A stretch of 64,000 nucleotides of DNA. It comes from the human T2T-CHM13v2.0 reference genome, Homo sapiens. The DNA lies in the NCBI RefSeq assembly GCF_009914755.1, contig NC_060934.1. One strand, written 5' to 3'. Below, one piece after another: positions 41,034-55,312 of this stretch (position 1 is its first letter; each line of letters opens with the position of its first letter). The notes beneath the pieces were generated by a model that saw only the letters and a program-made list of their open reading frames with translations, was not told where the DNA came from and made no database searches. Position numbers and translations under genes: made by a program.

Positions 41034-43238
41034 CTGGTAGGAGGAAGAGGAACAATAGTAAGAAGATGACACAGGAGAAACATGTCTCCTGGCTTTGGGG
41101 ACTGCTCCAAGGGGACCTAGAGGATCCTGGTGAGCCATGTCTGTGTTCCCCCATGCTTAAAGAGGCAGACTAGGATGGCGCATCCCCCAAAATGGGGGCT
41201 GGCAGCAGTGTCCCCTTACTGTGTAGGAGGCTCTGGCTGTCCCCTCCAGGCCCCACCTTCACTGCTCCCTCCTTCTCTCCCTCTAGCTCCTGGATCCTCT
41301 GGGAGCAAAGGTTTCAGGGGCAACAGTAGAAGTCAGGAAGAGAGAATAGGCAGCAGGTGCCACTCCCCATGCAATTTCCGTACAATTTCCACATTCGAAC
41401 ACACATGGTCACGCTCAGGATCCCCCCTGATGGATGGCCTAATCGTACCAACCCACTGCCATCCACGATGCTAAACAGACGAAGCTTTCATTCCCCATTA
41501 CGCTGCCAACCAAGTCACCAAAATAGAAGAGCTCCTATTTTAAGGCTTGCCCTATCTAATCCGCCAGGAGCCCAGCATCACTGCTTTCCTCTCTCCACCA
41601 AAAGTGAAAGCAGCTGCTGAGTGTGGTCCCAGAGAGAGGATGCTCTGCAGAGCCTAGATGCTGGTGGACGGAGATCATTAAAAAATGATGAGAAAAGTCC
41701 CTGTGGGGTAGGGATGGGCAGGGAGTGAGAGCAAAAATCAGGAGGAAGCCCCCAGGTCTCCTGAACCAACAAACTCATTACTGCCAGGGGGAAAAAAAAT
41801 CACTGGGGCCTCCAGATTGTTCCAGGCTGGGTAATTATGCTTTGCCTTGGGAGTGAAAACGGGCATTGAGTTACTAAGCTAGCCATGTGGAGCCCGTCTG
41901 TGGCATCCTGACCTATCTGCACTTGCTCACTCCTCCCAGCCAGCTGCCTTCTGCTCCTGGTGCCCAACAAAGATACCCCAGCTTTAGGGCAGCAGCTCCC
42001 AGGCTCAGAAAGGTGGTCAAGTGCCAGGAAACCATGACTCTGAATTGAAAAAAATCCCTGTGCTTCCTTCCACCTGCCATCCTGATACTCAGCATTGAAT
42101 CCCATTAGGCAAAATAGGAACAGTTCATTTCTAGCAGAACTTGGTCTGCACCATAGAAGGACAACCACGCCGATGGGCACAGAGCCTTGAAAGGCAGGGT
42201 GCTGGCTGCTGAGTTTCCCACTTATGTTTGCTTTGTCATCTGCAAGTGCTCAGCAGACAAATGAAAGCAATTAGAATAGGAGCTTGCACTTGACTAGAAC
42301 TTAATCTGCACCAGGCATGGCTCTAAGAGCTTTACGTATTTTGATTCCTTTAATCCCTACAAAATCCCCATGAGGAAGGCACTGCTATTGTCTCCATTTG
42401 ACAGAGAAGATAAAACAAGGCAGGGAGGGGTTACATAACTTGGATTACATTTCTCAAAGGTACCAGTGACCAGATTGAAACCCAGGCCATCTGGCCCCAG
42501 AGTCCGTGTTCTTAAACATTATCATCATCCTGCCTTTCTAAGCACTGACAGTTAAGGAAACTTTATGGAATAAAATGCTTAACTCAAAAAAGTTCTGTCC
42601 TATGCCCTATCCTTTTCTACGAAGCTTCGGGGTGGCAGGGGGTGCCTGTTTGATGTAGGTGTCTTATGGAACACTGGCTTGCTGGGAGCTGAGGACACCA
42701 CTCAGGGAGTTGGACCTCCAATTATTGGGCACTTGATGTCCTGAGATCCCCCTCCCCACATAAAGAGCTGGATGTACCAGTTGTTACTGGTTGTTACATC
42801 CAAACTGGTTAGTTAAGAGCTACTGCCCTGAGCTCGCCATGTGTCCCTAGCCCCCAAGTGGATCCTTCATGATACACTGATCTCTCAATAATCCAGAAAC
42901 TAAAGGGAGAACTCCTGGCACGGCAGGAGGGCCCCAGCACCCCACTTCCCTGGTATAACCAGGGTCTACTCTGATAGGTCCATTTCCAAGACAAACGAGT
43001 TGTTAAATATTCAGAATATCTCCCTGCCCACATGCACATTGGAAAGCATCGCATATTCCACAAAAGCACTGTGTGCTCCAGGTTGTGTCTAAAATCAAGG
43101 TAAATGGACACTGATTTCTGCTTGGAAGAGACCAGAGGGCCCCCTGGGTTGGGAGGACATCCCTTCCCCACCCCAAGGCTGGAGGAAGCTTGGCACTCCA
43201 TTGCGGGGGACCTGGGCCCAGGGGAGAGGCTTGCTCAC

Positions 43239-43425
43239 CCCAGTGGTGTGCAGCTTCATCTTGAACTTCTCCAGGTACAGCCACTGCTTGGCCTCATTGG
43301 GATCCAGGTCATGGTAAAAGTCCCTGGCGGCATACCCGAAGCTGTGGAACTTCCTCTCGGGAGTCAGCAAGATGGTGGTTGGAGTCTTCTGATTGGACAC
43401 ACCAGGGTCACCTCCCTCCCATCGC
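43239..43425 (-). CDS. HSPA12A: HSPA12A exon 4 ([20 protein letters not shown]...KMKLHTTG)
   Basis: tggcag|G ... GGG|gtgagc; 187 nt, phase 2 to 0. Confidence 0.96.
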
Positions 43426-44309
43426 CTGCCACCAAGGGAAGCAGAAGTTATGGGGCCTTCTTTCAAAATCCCAATTCAGGCAGCACAGATTTGAACACCT
43501 ACTGTATGCATGAGTGTCAGTAATGTGGGTGCCCAGAGGCACTCTGCTTCAGCTGGATGAGCAGCTACTAGAGACACAACTTCAGTTAAAAAGGAGATGA
43601 ACTGGGCAAGTGCAAAGTTCTTGGTCAATAACAAGCTCTGCCTTAGTCTTTCATTCCATGTTTACTGAGCATCTACTCTAAGCATCTACATGTTTGCCAG
43701 GTGCTGGCATGAAACTTTTATGTCTGTGTCTTCAAATAATTCACAATCTGCTAGGCAATGTATTTTTTATTTGCAAGCACTCAATAGCAGATATACTGCT
43801 AGCTTGAATCCTGTCTGAAACAAGGTAGGTATAGACAAATGCATAATTACCTGCCTTATGAGATGCAAATGAGATGCCCAAGGTGCCAGCTGGTAGGGCA
43901 GAGGAAAGAATGCAGGATTCGGGGGAGAACTGAAGAAGAGACAGACAACTGGATCTCAAAGGAGGGAAGGATACTCCAGGCTGCTCAGAGGTGGGCCAGC
44001 CGGGGCATTCGTGGAGAATGTGAAGTGACTGCGTTGGTTGGAGAGAGTATGTGAGTGGGAAGAGTGACTGTGAAAATGGGAAGGGTGAGAAACACGATTG
44101 GGAAAGCAGCTGGAATCAGGCTGAGGAGAACCCTGGGGACTTAGACATTTACTCTGTGAATAATGGGAAGCCACTAAAGGTCTTAGAGCAGGGGTATGAC
44201 AGAATCAGAGCTGCTGTTCATAAGGGCAAACTGGGCTAAATGGAGGGAAAGGGAAGCCAGGAGCCTCAGACCTATCCTGGAGCAGAGGTGAAAGAACCAT
44301 AGAAACAGA

Positions 44310-44445
44310 TCTCAGCACTCTGGGGGGCCAAGGTGGGAGGATTGCAGTGAGCTATGATCGCATCACTGCACTCCAGCCTGGGCAACACAGCAAGACCCTA
44401 TCTCTAAAAAGAAATGACAGAGAGAGAGAGAGAGAGAGAGAGAGG
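44310..44445 (+). mobile_element. Internally deleted old Alu/FLAM-like fragment followed by (GA)n
   Basis: ctcagcactctggggggccaaggtgggaggattgcagtgagctatgatcgc... Confidence 0.6.
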
Positions 44446-45670
44446 CTGCAGTGAGAGCAAGGGAAGGGGGAAGGGGAAGACAGGAAACTCAATGTATTCG
44501 CTCACCTTTGGGGCCACTGCAGAGAGGCCAGGGCCACCAAGAGGCCAAGCTGTTCCCTGCCCAACCAGGTCCTGGCTCCTGGCCTGCCGCTGGCCATGTG
44601 ACCCCATGCACAGCCCGTGCGCCCTCAGGTGGGGACGCAGTGCAGGAGGGAAAATGAGCCACTTTCCTCACCCACTGGAGAGGTGGCCACGCTCCCAGCT
44701 GAGCCCGGACCTGCTCCCGACCCCACGACATTAAGCATCAGTAGGACCATCTCAGTCCAGATGGAGCTCTGGCCTCCACTGATATTTGCTGCTCAAATGG
44801 GTCTGGAATCATCCCTGGTCAATTTCCTTGTCAAGCTCCATCAGGATGCTGCTCCTACCCCAGCAGCCAAAGTCCCCGAGGTGACCGCACTGAGACACAG
44901 GGATGGCCCCGATGCCAGGCAGCTGCTCCACACACTGCCCTTCACAAATGGAATTGTCATTAACAGTGACATTATCAGTAGAGAATGACCCCATGGGCTT
45001 TTTCCCTTCAAATTTTTATTCCTTCATTCCCACTTAGTACAAAAAAAAGTTAACTTTCTCACTTATAACTTGTCATATTAGCATCATTATGCTAATATGT
45101 TCTGATTGAAATAAAATTCAGGTAGAACCAACCAACCTCCCTCCAAAATGTCGACCATTACTAAGGTATCTCCTCTAGAGGCCCTGAACTATGGTGGTGC
45201 TTCATAAGTACCCCTCCCCAAGCAAGTTCAAAGTTATTTCCACTCCTTCTTTTCTGTTTTCACTGCATGACTATTCTGTGGAAATAACATTTCTTAGAAC
45301 AACTACATAGAAGCTGATAAACATTGATTCTAGCCTTTAATGGCATATTCTTTTCCACTGGGATTTTTCATCTTGGGGGTCAGTGGTGGCAGCACAGACC
45401 CTCACAGCATCTGTCTGGCTAAATGGAAAGAGATTCCTGGTGGCAACTGAACACCAAGGGCGATGCTGTCAACAGAGTTGGCTATAGAACCGGCTTTTCA
45501 TCATTTCCTGATGACATGACACCCAGGAGTGTCTGTACCCTCTTAGGACAAGAGCTTCAGGCTGAGCCACATCTGGTTTTCAAGAGGAAAGGTGAGACTT
45601 AAACCAAGATTGGGGTGGGAGTCACTTTTATTATGACTTGTGCTTTACACAACCCTTTATAAAAATTCCT

Positions 45671-45875
45671 AAAATACAAACATTAGCAGGGTGTGGTGGT
45701 ATGCACCTGTAGTCTCAGCCACTTGGGAGGCTAAGGCAGGAGGATCACTTCAGCCCAGGAGTTTGAGGCTGCAGAGAGCCATGATCACACCACTGCATTC
45801 CAGCCTGGGCAAAGGAACAAGAGCCTGTCTCTTAAAAAAAAAAAATAACAACAACAACAAAACTAAAAAATATTA
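45671..45875 (+). mobile_element. AluJ-like right arm
   Basis: ggaggatcactt...cccaggagtttgaggctgcag (AluJ-type positions); (AAC)n tail. Confidence 0.8.
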
Positions 45876-46267
45876 ATCTAGGAGCAATACTAAATTCCAC
45901 AATTACTCAGTTGAAGAAACTGCAAAGCCAATTACAATGTATCTTCAGAGTCATCCCTTGGAATTGAAAATTGGGATGATAAATTCTGGGCTTCCAAAGA
46001 TTCGAGGAGTCATACCCTGCAAGAAGATCATGGATCAAGACTGGGATCCCATGGATGGGTGGCACCCGGGGCCTGCAGGGTGCTGGGTGTGCGGGGAAGG
46101 GAAGGGGGCATCCCAGCACAGAGTGCATCCCAGGAGGCCCAGGGCAACTTTGCCTATGGGGCCACTTGGCTGAGATTCCCCTCATGCTGCCTTCTCTCTG
46201 GCAGGTGCTTTTTGCCTCTGGCTACCAACACCCCAGCACTTCTCTTCACTTGAAAGGGCCAGCACCT

Positions 46268-46933
46268 GGAGAGGATGTGGAGAAATAGGAACACTTTTAC
46301 ACTGTTGGTGGGACTGTAAACTCGTTCAACCATTGTGGAAGTCAGTGTGGCGATTCCTCAGGGATCTAGAACTAGAAATGCCATTTGACCCAGCCATCCC
46401 ATTACTGGGTATACCCAAAGGATTATAAATCATGCTGCTGTAAAGACACATGCACACGTATGTTTATAGCGGCACTATTCACAATAGCAAAGACTTGGAA
46501 CCAATGTAAATGTCCAACAACGGTAGACCAGATTAAGAAAATGTGGCACATATACACCATGGAATACTATGCAGCCATAAAAAATGATGAGTTCATGTCC
46601 TTTGTAGGGACATGGATGAAACTGGAAACCATCATTCTCAGCAAACTATCGCAAGGACAAAAAACCAAACACCGCATGTTCTCACTCATAGGTGGGAATT
46701 GAACAATGAGAACACATGGACACAGGAAGGGGAACATCACACACCAGGGACTGTTGTGGGGTGGGGGGAGTGGGGAGGGATAGCATTAGGAGATATACCT
46801 AATGCTAAATGACGAGTTAATGGGTGCAGCACACCAACATGGCACATGTATACATATGTAACAAACCTGCACGTTGTGCACATGTACCCTAAAACTTAAA
46901 GTATAATAATAACAAAATTTAAAAAAAATAAAA
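46268..46933 (+). mobile_element. 5'-truncated L1PA (L1PA3/4-like) insertion: ORF2 C-terminus, 3' UTR, poly(A)
   Basis: ORF 46385..46702 contains the L1 ORF2p C-terminus (MFIAALFTIAKTWNQ...HRMFSLIGGN); 16-bp TSD GAAAGGGCCAGCACCT at 46252-46267 and 46934-46949. Confidence 0.95.
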
Positions 46934-47447
46934 GAAAGGGCCAGCACCTTCCCTGCTTTCATTTTACTACACAGTAAGCACTTAATGGACAATCTCCTTT
47001 CATTTGCACACACACATTGTGAGGGAGGTATTGTCAGGATTCCCATTTCACAGATGAGGAAACTGGGGTTTAGCAGGTTCAGCAATTGCCTAAAGTCACA
47101 CAGTAAGTGGCCAAGCTGGCACCTGGATCCCTCCATCACAGACACTACAGATCTGCGCCTCTCACCCAGGCCACAAGGTGGATTCACCCGGGCCAGGCTT
47201 CAAACATACTGCCCAGGCCCCTCCCCAGACCAACTAAATCAGAATCAAACCAACGTCTTTTCAAACCAGGAGCCTAGAGCCCAGAGATCAGAAATGGCTT
47301 GTCCCCAGTGGCATGGTGAGCTTGAGCCAAGCTGGAACAGAATCCAGGGCCGTCTTCGTAAGTGCCAATCACTGGCTCATTGCCCGGAGTCTCCACAGGT
47401 GCAGTGGTTGGCACCAGCCACGTGGCCCTCCCACCCACAGCACTCAC

Positions 47448-47575
47448 CTCATCACATGGATGCATTCCGGCTCCTTGGTGAAGCTGTAGGCATAGCCACT
47501 GGATGTGGTCCCAAAGTCGACGGCCACCACCACGAGAAATGACTGCTGTTCTGAGACGTTGGAGTCAGTGTCGTT
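47448..47575 (-). CDS. HSPA12A: HSPA12A exon 3 ([42 protein letters not shown])
   Basis: ctgcag|AAC ... GAG|gtgagt; 128 nt; Hsp70 phosphate-1 motif DFGTT. Confidence 0.97.
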
Positions 47576-48190
47576 CTGCAGATATACAGTGAGGCATGGG
47601 GGGTGTGGAGGGGTGGGCCTGGCTTTCAGGAAGACACCCCTGGGGGGTCTCACCTTGCCTAGCTGTGAACCCCCTGCAGACAGAAAGACATTCTATATTC
47701 CAGCTCAAGTCTACCACCTGGGGAGAAGGCAGCCCAGCCTGGGCCCCCGCCTGAATGGCTCAGGGAGAAATGGGGGCATCCCTGAGTGGAGGGCCAGGCT
47801 GACTGGACAAAGCCTGCAGCTTGCCCACTCCTCTCTATAGACCGTGCCCGCACACGGCTAGTTACAGAAATTCTATCATCAGGGCTGGTCGCCCAGTAGT
47901 TCCTGAGCAGATACAATCTTCTTCCAAGCCCTGCTGCCTTCCGCAAGACCCTGTGCAGAACTCTGGCCACTGCCAGGAGCATTTCTCCAGCTGTGCCCTC
48001 TGTACACCCAGGTGACTGCTCCATCTGTGCTGGCATTTCATGCATGTGAGCAGGGCTGGGCATCCCAGGACCGTGTCCAATCCCACCAGGCCAGCCACAT
48101 GACCCACTGTGACTGTCAGGGCCCAGGGCCTTGCCTCATCTAGGTCACTTGGTCAGGCTATTTCAGGTTTCCAAGCCTTTCTCTCTCTCC

Positions 48191-48492
48191 TTTTTTTTTT
48201 TTTTTTTTTTTGAGACGGAGTCTCGCTCTGTCGCCCAGGCTGGAGCGCAGTGGCCCAATCTCGGCTCACTGCAAGCTCTGCCTCCCGGGTTCACGCCCTT
48301 CTCCGCCTCAGCCTCCCGAGTAGCTGGGACTATAGGCACCCGCCACCACACCCGGCTAATTTCTTGTATTTTTTAGTAGAGACTGGGTTTCACGGTGTTA
48401 GCCAGGATGGTCTCGATCTCCTGACCTCGTGATCTGCCCACCTCAGCCTCCCAAAGTGCTGGGATCATAGGCGTGAGCCACCACGCCTGGCC
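48191..48492 (-). mobile_element. Alu (AluY-like)
   Basis: poly(T) plus reverse Alu with AluY-type positions (gcaagctc, gttagccaggatggtctcgatctcc). Confidence 0.94.
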
Positions 48493-49445
48493 TCTTTTTT
48501 TTTTTTAAGCAGTTTACACTTTTTTTTTAACTCCCACAGAACTCCAAATTATAAAACCAACAAATGTTGGAGGGGAGGGGTGAGAATGCCACCCGCCTGG
48601 CCTCTCCTCACACCGCTCCCCTCCCTCACAGCCCTGAAGCTCTTACAGGACAACTTCAGGGTGCAAAGCTTGAAAACCACAGAACCTGGCCCTAGGGAAC
48701 CAACCCTCCCAGTTTGCCCAGGAATAAAGGAGTCCCCAGGGTGCAGGACTTGCAGTGTAAAGGCCGGACAGTTCCAGGAAACCAGACAGGCTGGCATCCC
48801 TGCCTAGCAGTGACTCCGCAGTTCTCCCTGGGTCTTCTTTGTGCGTCTGCACAGCTCATGCAAAGCTGCCCTGTCTTCCGGGCACTCACTCAGGTTGGCT
48901 GCCTGTGCATCTACGTGCACACCCCTCTAAACGGCCGCCCCCTAACATCCATCTTTCCTCATACAGGGCAGGGTGGGAGCAACAGCCCCATCTCTAGCCC
49001 CACTCAATGCATATGAAGCCCTGCTCAGGGCTTCTCTACCAGGCAAGCTGTTCCAGAAGCGATTATACTGCTAGGGTCTTTTCGATACTGCAGACAACCG
49101 CAGTCAACAGAGTCCATGTATTCACCGATTCACTAGCCCAGAGTCAGCGGCTTCCTCTCAAGAGGACACCTCACAGGCTCTGACCCTGAATCTTTAAAGG
49201 GCTGCTCCCATCTCACCTTCTTCTGTGACCCACCCAGGCCCCTGCTCCAGAAGCACTAGCCACAGCACAGAAAGCCTTCCCAGGCCCGGAGTGGGGGAAG
49301 GGGCTTGGCAGGGCTCCTTTGGCCAGGACCAGGTCAACTTAATCTCCAACCAGTGAATGTGAGGGGCTGTCCAGCAGCCTGAACTGTGAGATCAGACCCA
49401 GAATGCAAAGGAAGTCAGTACGCACGTGTGCTCATGCGCACCCAT

Positions 49446-49448
<3 letters not shown>

Positions 49449-49480
<32 letters not shown>
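49449..49480. repeat. (CA)16 microsatellite next to the HSPA12A exon 2 donor
   Basis: read directly from the sequence. Confidence 0.97.
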
Positions 49481-49483
<3 letters not shown>

Positions 49484-49488
49484 CTTAC

Positions 49489-49574
49489 CACAATATGGGA
49501 GGGGGACAGAGGCGTTATTCCTGTGTCCCCAAGACTCCGGGCTGGAGATGAATATGCAGATGTGGGAGCCGTTT
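49489..49574 (-). CDS. HSPA12A: HSPA12A exon 2 (ETAPTSAYSSPARSLGDTGITPLSPSHIV)
   Basis: tttttcctttcag|AA ... GTG|gtaaga; 86 nt, phase 1 to 0; matches the recalled HSPA12A N-terminus; exon 1 is outside the window. Confidence 0.94.
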
Positions 49575-51004
49575 CTGAAAGGAAAAACAAAGCCGCCTCC
49601 TTAGAAGTGGCATGGACTGACCCAGGGGGAAGAAATGAGGGCTGCATGGCCTTAACTCCTCCAGGAACTGCGGCCTCTGCAAAGCCAGCTCACGAAATGG
49701 GCAAGGCCCAGCCCCAGCCAGGAAGGCAGGAACATCCGTTCCAGCACCTCTTTGCATTTGGTATTTAGAATTCGACCAAATGAGATGCTCCTTTCCTCCC
49801 AGTCGCCACCAGGCCTCTCACTCTGTGCCACTCAACCCAGCTTAGTTGGAGATGCTGGTCAGTCCCCGAAAGCTCCGCTCCTGGCTGTGTTGTCTGTGGA
49901 GCCAGAGGCCAGGCTCCATGATGGACTAGCAGGACCTGTAGCCACCTGAAATTATGTCAAATTTTTGTGTGCATTTTCTTGGAAGAGCATCTACAGCCCT
50001 CGGGTTCCCAAAGGGGTGAGGGGTACCTCCCCCAAGGAAGAGCAACCCCTATCCTAGGAATGTAGGATGTGATGAAGCTTCAGAAAGAGCGTCCTTGCCT
50101 AGCAGATGCACCAGCTCCTCCCTCCCCCTGCCAGGGCATGTGAATTCATCTCTCTTCAGTGATACTGAAGGTTTGGGACCTTTTTCAATCATAAAAACCA
50201 CAGCAAAAAGGCAGACAGATCAGCATTTCTAGCCCCTGCAGATGGGACCCAACAGCCACGAGGTCAAACAGGCGAAGGGCCAGCAGCTAAGCAGCAGGAA
50301 CACCATTTTGTCTGTTCCCCTGCACTCACCATCATTCAGGCCTAGCATTTTTCTGAAGTCTTCCCAGAGCCAGTGGCTCTGCCCCAGGAATGGGCCCCCC
50401 GGGAGAAAAAACACTCTCCCTGGCCGGCATTGGAACGCGCTACAGTGCTCTCCCTGCCTGCTGCCTAGGGCTGGCAGGGCACAGAGAAGCTGAGTGAAGA
50501 CTGCGTGCTCCCACCGCAGAGACGAAGGCCGGGCACTGGGCACGTGCAACGACCCAGCACCACCCTCGGTGCTCTGCACATCCTGCTCCGTTTAGTACAT
50601 ACGTACTGAAACCTGCTAGGAAGAAGTGGGTAATTTTCCAAGGCAATACTTGTGGTCAAGGAAACCAGAAGGTTTGAGGTGTCTGAGAAAAGCCTGTCTG
50701 CTTCTAGGGGAGCAGGTGGAATGGTTCCATCTGCCTCTTCTGCTAAATCACTTTGGGTTAATCCCAGGCTCTTGCTGATTACTTTTTCTACTTGATGAGG
50801 ACTCAGGCAGCATCATTACAGTGGGCACCAAACAGGCTGTAGGAATGAAATGAATCATGCAAGAGGGAATGTGAAGCCTCAAATCTGCACAGCCACCTCC
50901 CACTCTCTGCAAGCTCACAGCCTCTCTCCGCCTGATGAGGCTCAGTTCCTATCTTGGGGAGGGAGAGGCACAGTCCAGTAATTACAGAGGCAAAAATCCA
51001 ACTC

Positions 51005-52155
<1,151 letters not shown>

Positions 52156-53882
52156 TTTTAAAAAAACTTTATTGAAAAGTTTAAATCAACTTGCTCATCT
52201 GGGAGGGGAAGCTATTTCTGATTTCTATTAGCACCCACGACTAACAGAATTGCTATTAGCCGTGGGCGCTAATTGCTCTTGAAAAGAGAATGGAGAAGTC
52301 AGCTCAGTTCCTAGACCAGCCTGCTGATCTCCACCATCTTTGCTAATCTCCCAGCACAAGGGAACCCCTTCCATGAATGCAGGGGGAACTCTGCCTCCCC
52401 ACTAGGGGTTCCAGCCAGATGGTCCTTCCACCTGTTGGTGAGAGGTCCTCCCTGCCCACAGCCCTTGGGCAGCCTGCGGAGAAATGCCATCAGCACCAGA
52501 AGCCACCCTCTCCACCTGCTACCTGGAAGGCCTGCGCCATGTGTCCACATTTGCACAGACGGTCCTGAAAGAAACCAAATGTCTAATTGCCCAGAAAATC
52601 TGGTGTTGGCAATTAGCAAACAAGCTATTATCTGCAGACAAACTATCCACCCCGCTGCTGCTTGGTCCTAATTATCCCATCACTCAGCCCTTCTCAGAGC
52701 CCTGGGTCTTCTCACTGATTTGCAAAATAGCCAAGGTTGAGCCACACATGGAACACATGTCTTGGGTCCCCAGGGGACTCTAGGATACTTTGAGGGCAAG
52801 AAGCAAGGATTTTTTGGTTCTGCTGTACCTCCCTTCAACCCCACGGCAACTGGGCCAATATTAAACAAATCATTTGACTTGCTGATCACTCAGCCAGGCC
52901 TAGAGGCAGCCGAACTTCATGGACTTTTTCCATCAGAAGTTAAAATTCAGCTACACTGTGCAATGATTGAAAACTGATCTGCACAGAAGGTATGGAGGGG
53001 TAACATTTTCAGAGATACCTGCACATGGTGCACACCCACATCTATATATCTGTATATTCCAAATCAAAGATAATTCACCAGCGAATGTCCATCAGTACAG
53101 CACAGAAATATACACAGCCAGTAGAGACATGCTACTGTTTCTCTACTTCACTACTTAGGATGTCAAAATGATGCTCAAAAATTCTCAGGGGAAAAAAAAC
53201 GGAAAAGCCTATCTCACCCCCTGAGGAGAATGGGGAGTTTAATTCTGATGTGTCCCAACAAGGCTTGAGATCTTTCATTCAGTAGGTAAATGATCAGAAA
53301 TAAAATACAAAGGGTCAACAGAATATTATCTATTAATCTATGAATATCTGACAGATATAAGCTAATGGACAACAGGAGAGAATTGATGTATGGAATGCCC
53401 TATACATACCAAGTGTAGGCTGTGTGTCCTGGCTGTCAATTATACACAGGCCATTATCTATAGTAAGGAATCCCAAATGCCATTAAGTGTGGCCCTGCCT
53501 CCACTGCTTCTATAAAGCTAATACAACAACATCTCCCTTGGGACTACTCTCACCCAGGGGATAGTCCAGTTCAGTCCCCACAGGTTGACTTGGACACACT
53601 AGGAACAGAAGAGAAAGGCTAAGTCAACACCTCGACACAAATAGAGTTTCCTATAGTCGAGGCTTGAGAGAAAGAAAGGAAGCTGAAGAAAAGAAAATCC
53701 AGACCCTTCTGTGGAGGTAGAGAAGGAAGACTGCTAAAAGACAGGTTAAAGAAAATGCTCTATCAAGAAATGTGATCAAGGACAGAGCTAAAGGAACTAG
53801 GAGTTTTAAGAAATACCTACAGCACCGTTCCAAGTAGATTAAATAAAGGCCTACTCAAAGCATCTTCCACTTCAAGCACTAA

Positions 53883-54288
<406 letters not shown>

Positions 54289-55277
54289 AACACTGACCCT
54301 TTCAAGAATGCAAACTACTAGCCACAAAACTATGGTTAAGCGGAAGGGGAAGAGACCTTTCTGGGGAACAGACCTTTCTGGGAAACAAACAGAAGAGCTT
54401 TCTGGGGAACAAACAAAAATTAATCATCATGTCTCCTTTGCTATTAGCTACGTGTTAGATAATTTAACATCACTTCAGTCTTGTAGAGCTAGTGAGCAGA
54501 AAATCTTTTTTAACTTTAGTGAACATAAAAATAAGGTGATGAGGGTGGTTATAGATTAACTCACAATCCTGGAACACCCCACCCCAACACATTAAACAAT
54601 TTTTGCCAGAAAGAGGGGTATATAAAGAAATGAAAATATTTTTGCAGCAATGTAGAGGACAAATAAATAAAAGTATCAAATCCTGGCCAACAAGTCTCCT
54701 GCCCCAGGATTTCTTACAACCCCAAACCAGGCAATTGAGGAGGAACTAGTTTAGTTTGTTAGGTTAATCCTCATCGCTGGTCTTATTGGTATAAGGATTA
54801 AAATGCAGGCTTCATCTGGGTTCCTGCTGTAAAATGCAACACATATAAAATTCAGACACAATTTTATGTGGTCCCAGCTCTAATGGCTTTAATCAAAGCA
54901 GATGTTCTTAAAATAAAAAATAGTCTTGATAAGAGAACCTCAAAGAGAGCCATAATTCATGAACTTGCTTGCTGTTCTCCTCTGCCAAAGTCATTAGTCA
55001 GCAAATGGCCGTGAGCAGAATCACAGACTCTCTGAGATACATAAAATCAATTCTGCTCCATAAATACATGTTTAAAGATGAAGACAGAACCATAGGGCTG
55101 ACTTTATTCTACAAGGTTCTAGGCTCCGAGGAAATGTGACAGGTGGTCTCAACAATAGTGACATTCTAGTTTCTCTAAACAGTCCTTCTTGTTAGCTTTC
55201 AGATTTACGTATCCATCAAATAAATGCCCAATTTGAAAAGGAGTTTTAAGGTCTGGTACTTATGATTTTAAAAAATG

Positions 55278-55280
<3 letters not shown>

Positions 55281-55308
<28 letters not shown>
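55281..55308. repeat. (TA)14 microsatellite
   Basis: read directly from the sequence. Confidence 0.95.

Positions 55309-55312
<4 letters not shown>

Noticed and set aside
46385-46702. 105-aa ORF
   Set aside because: L1 ORF2p C-terminal remnant in a 5'-truncated copy, with a frameshifted start; not an independent gene.
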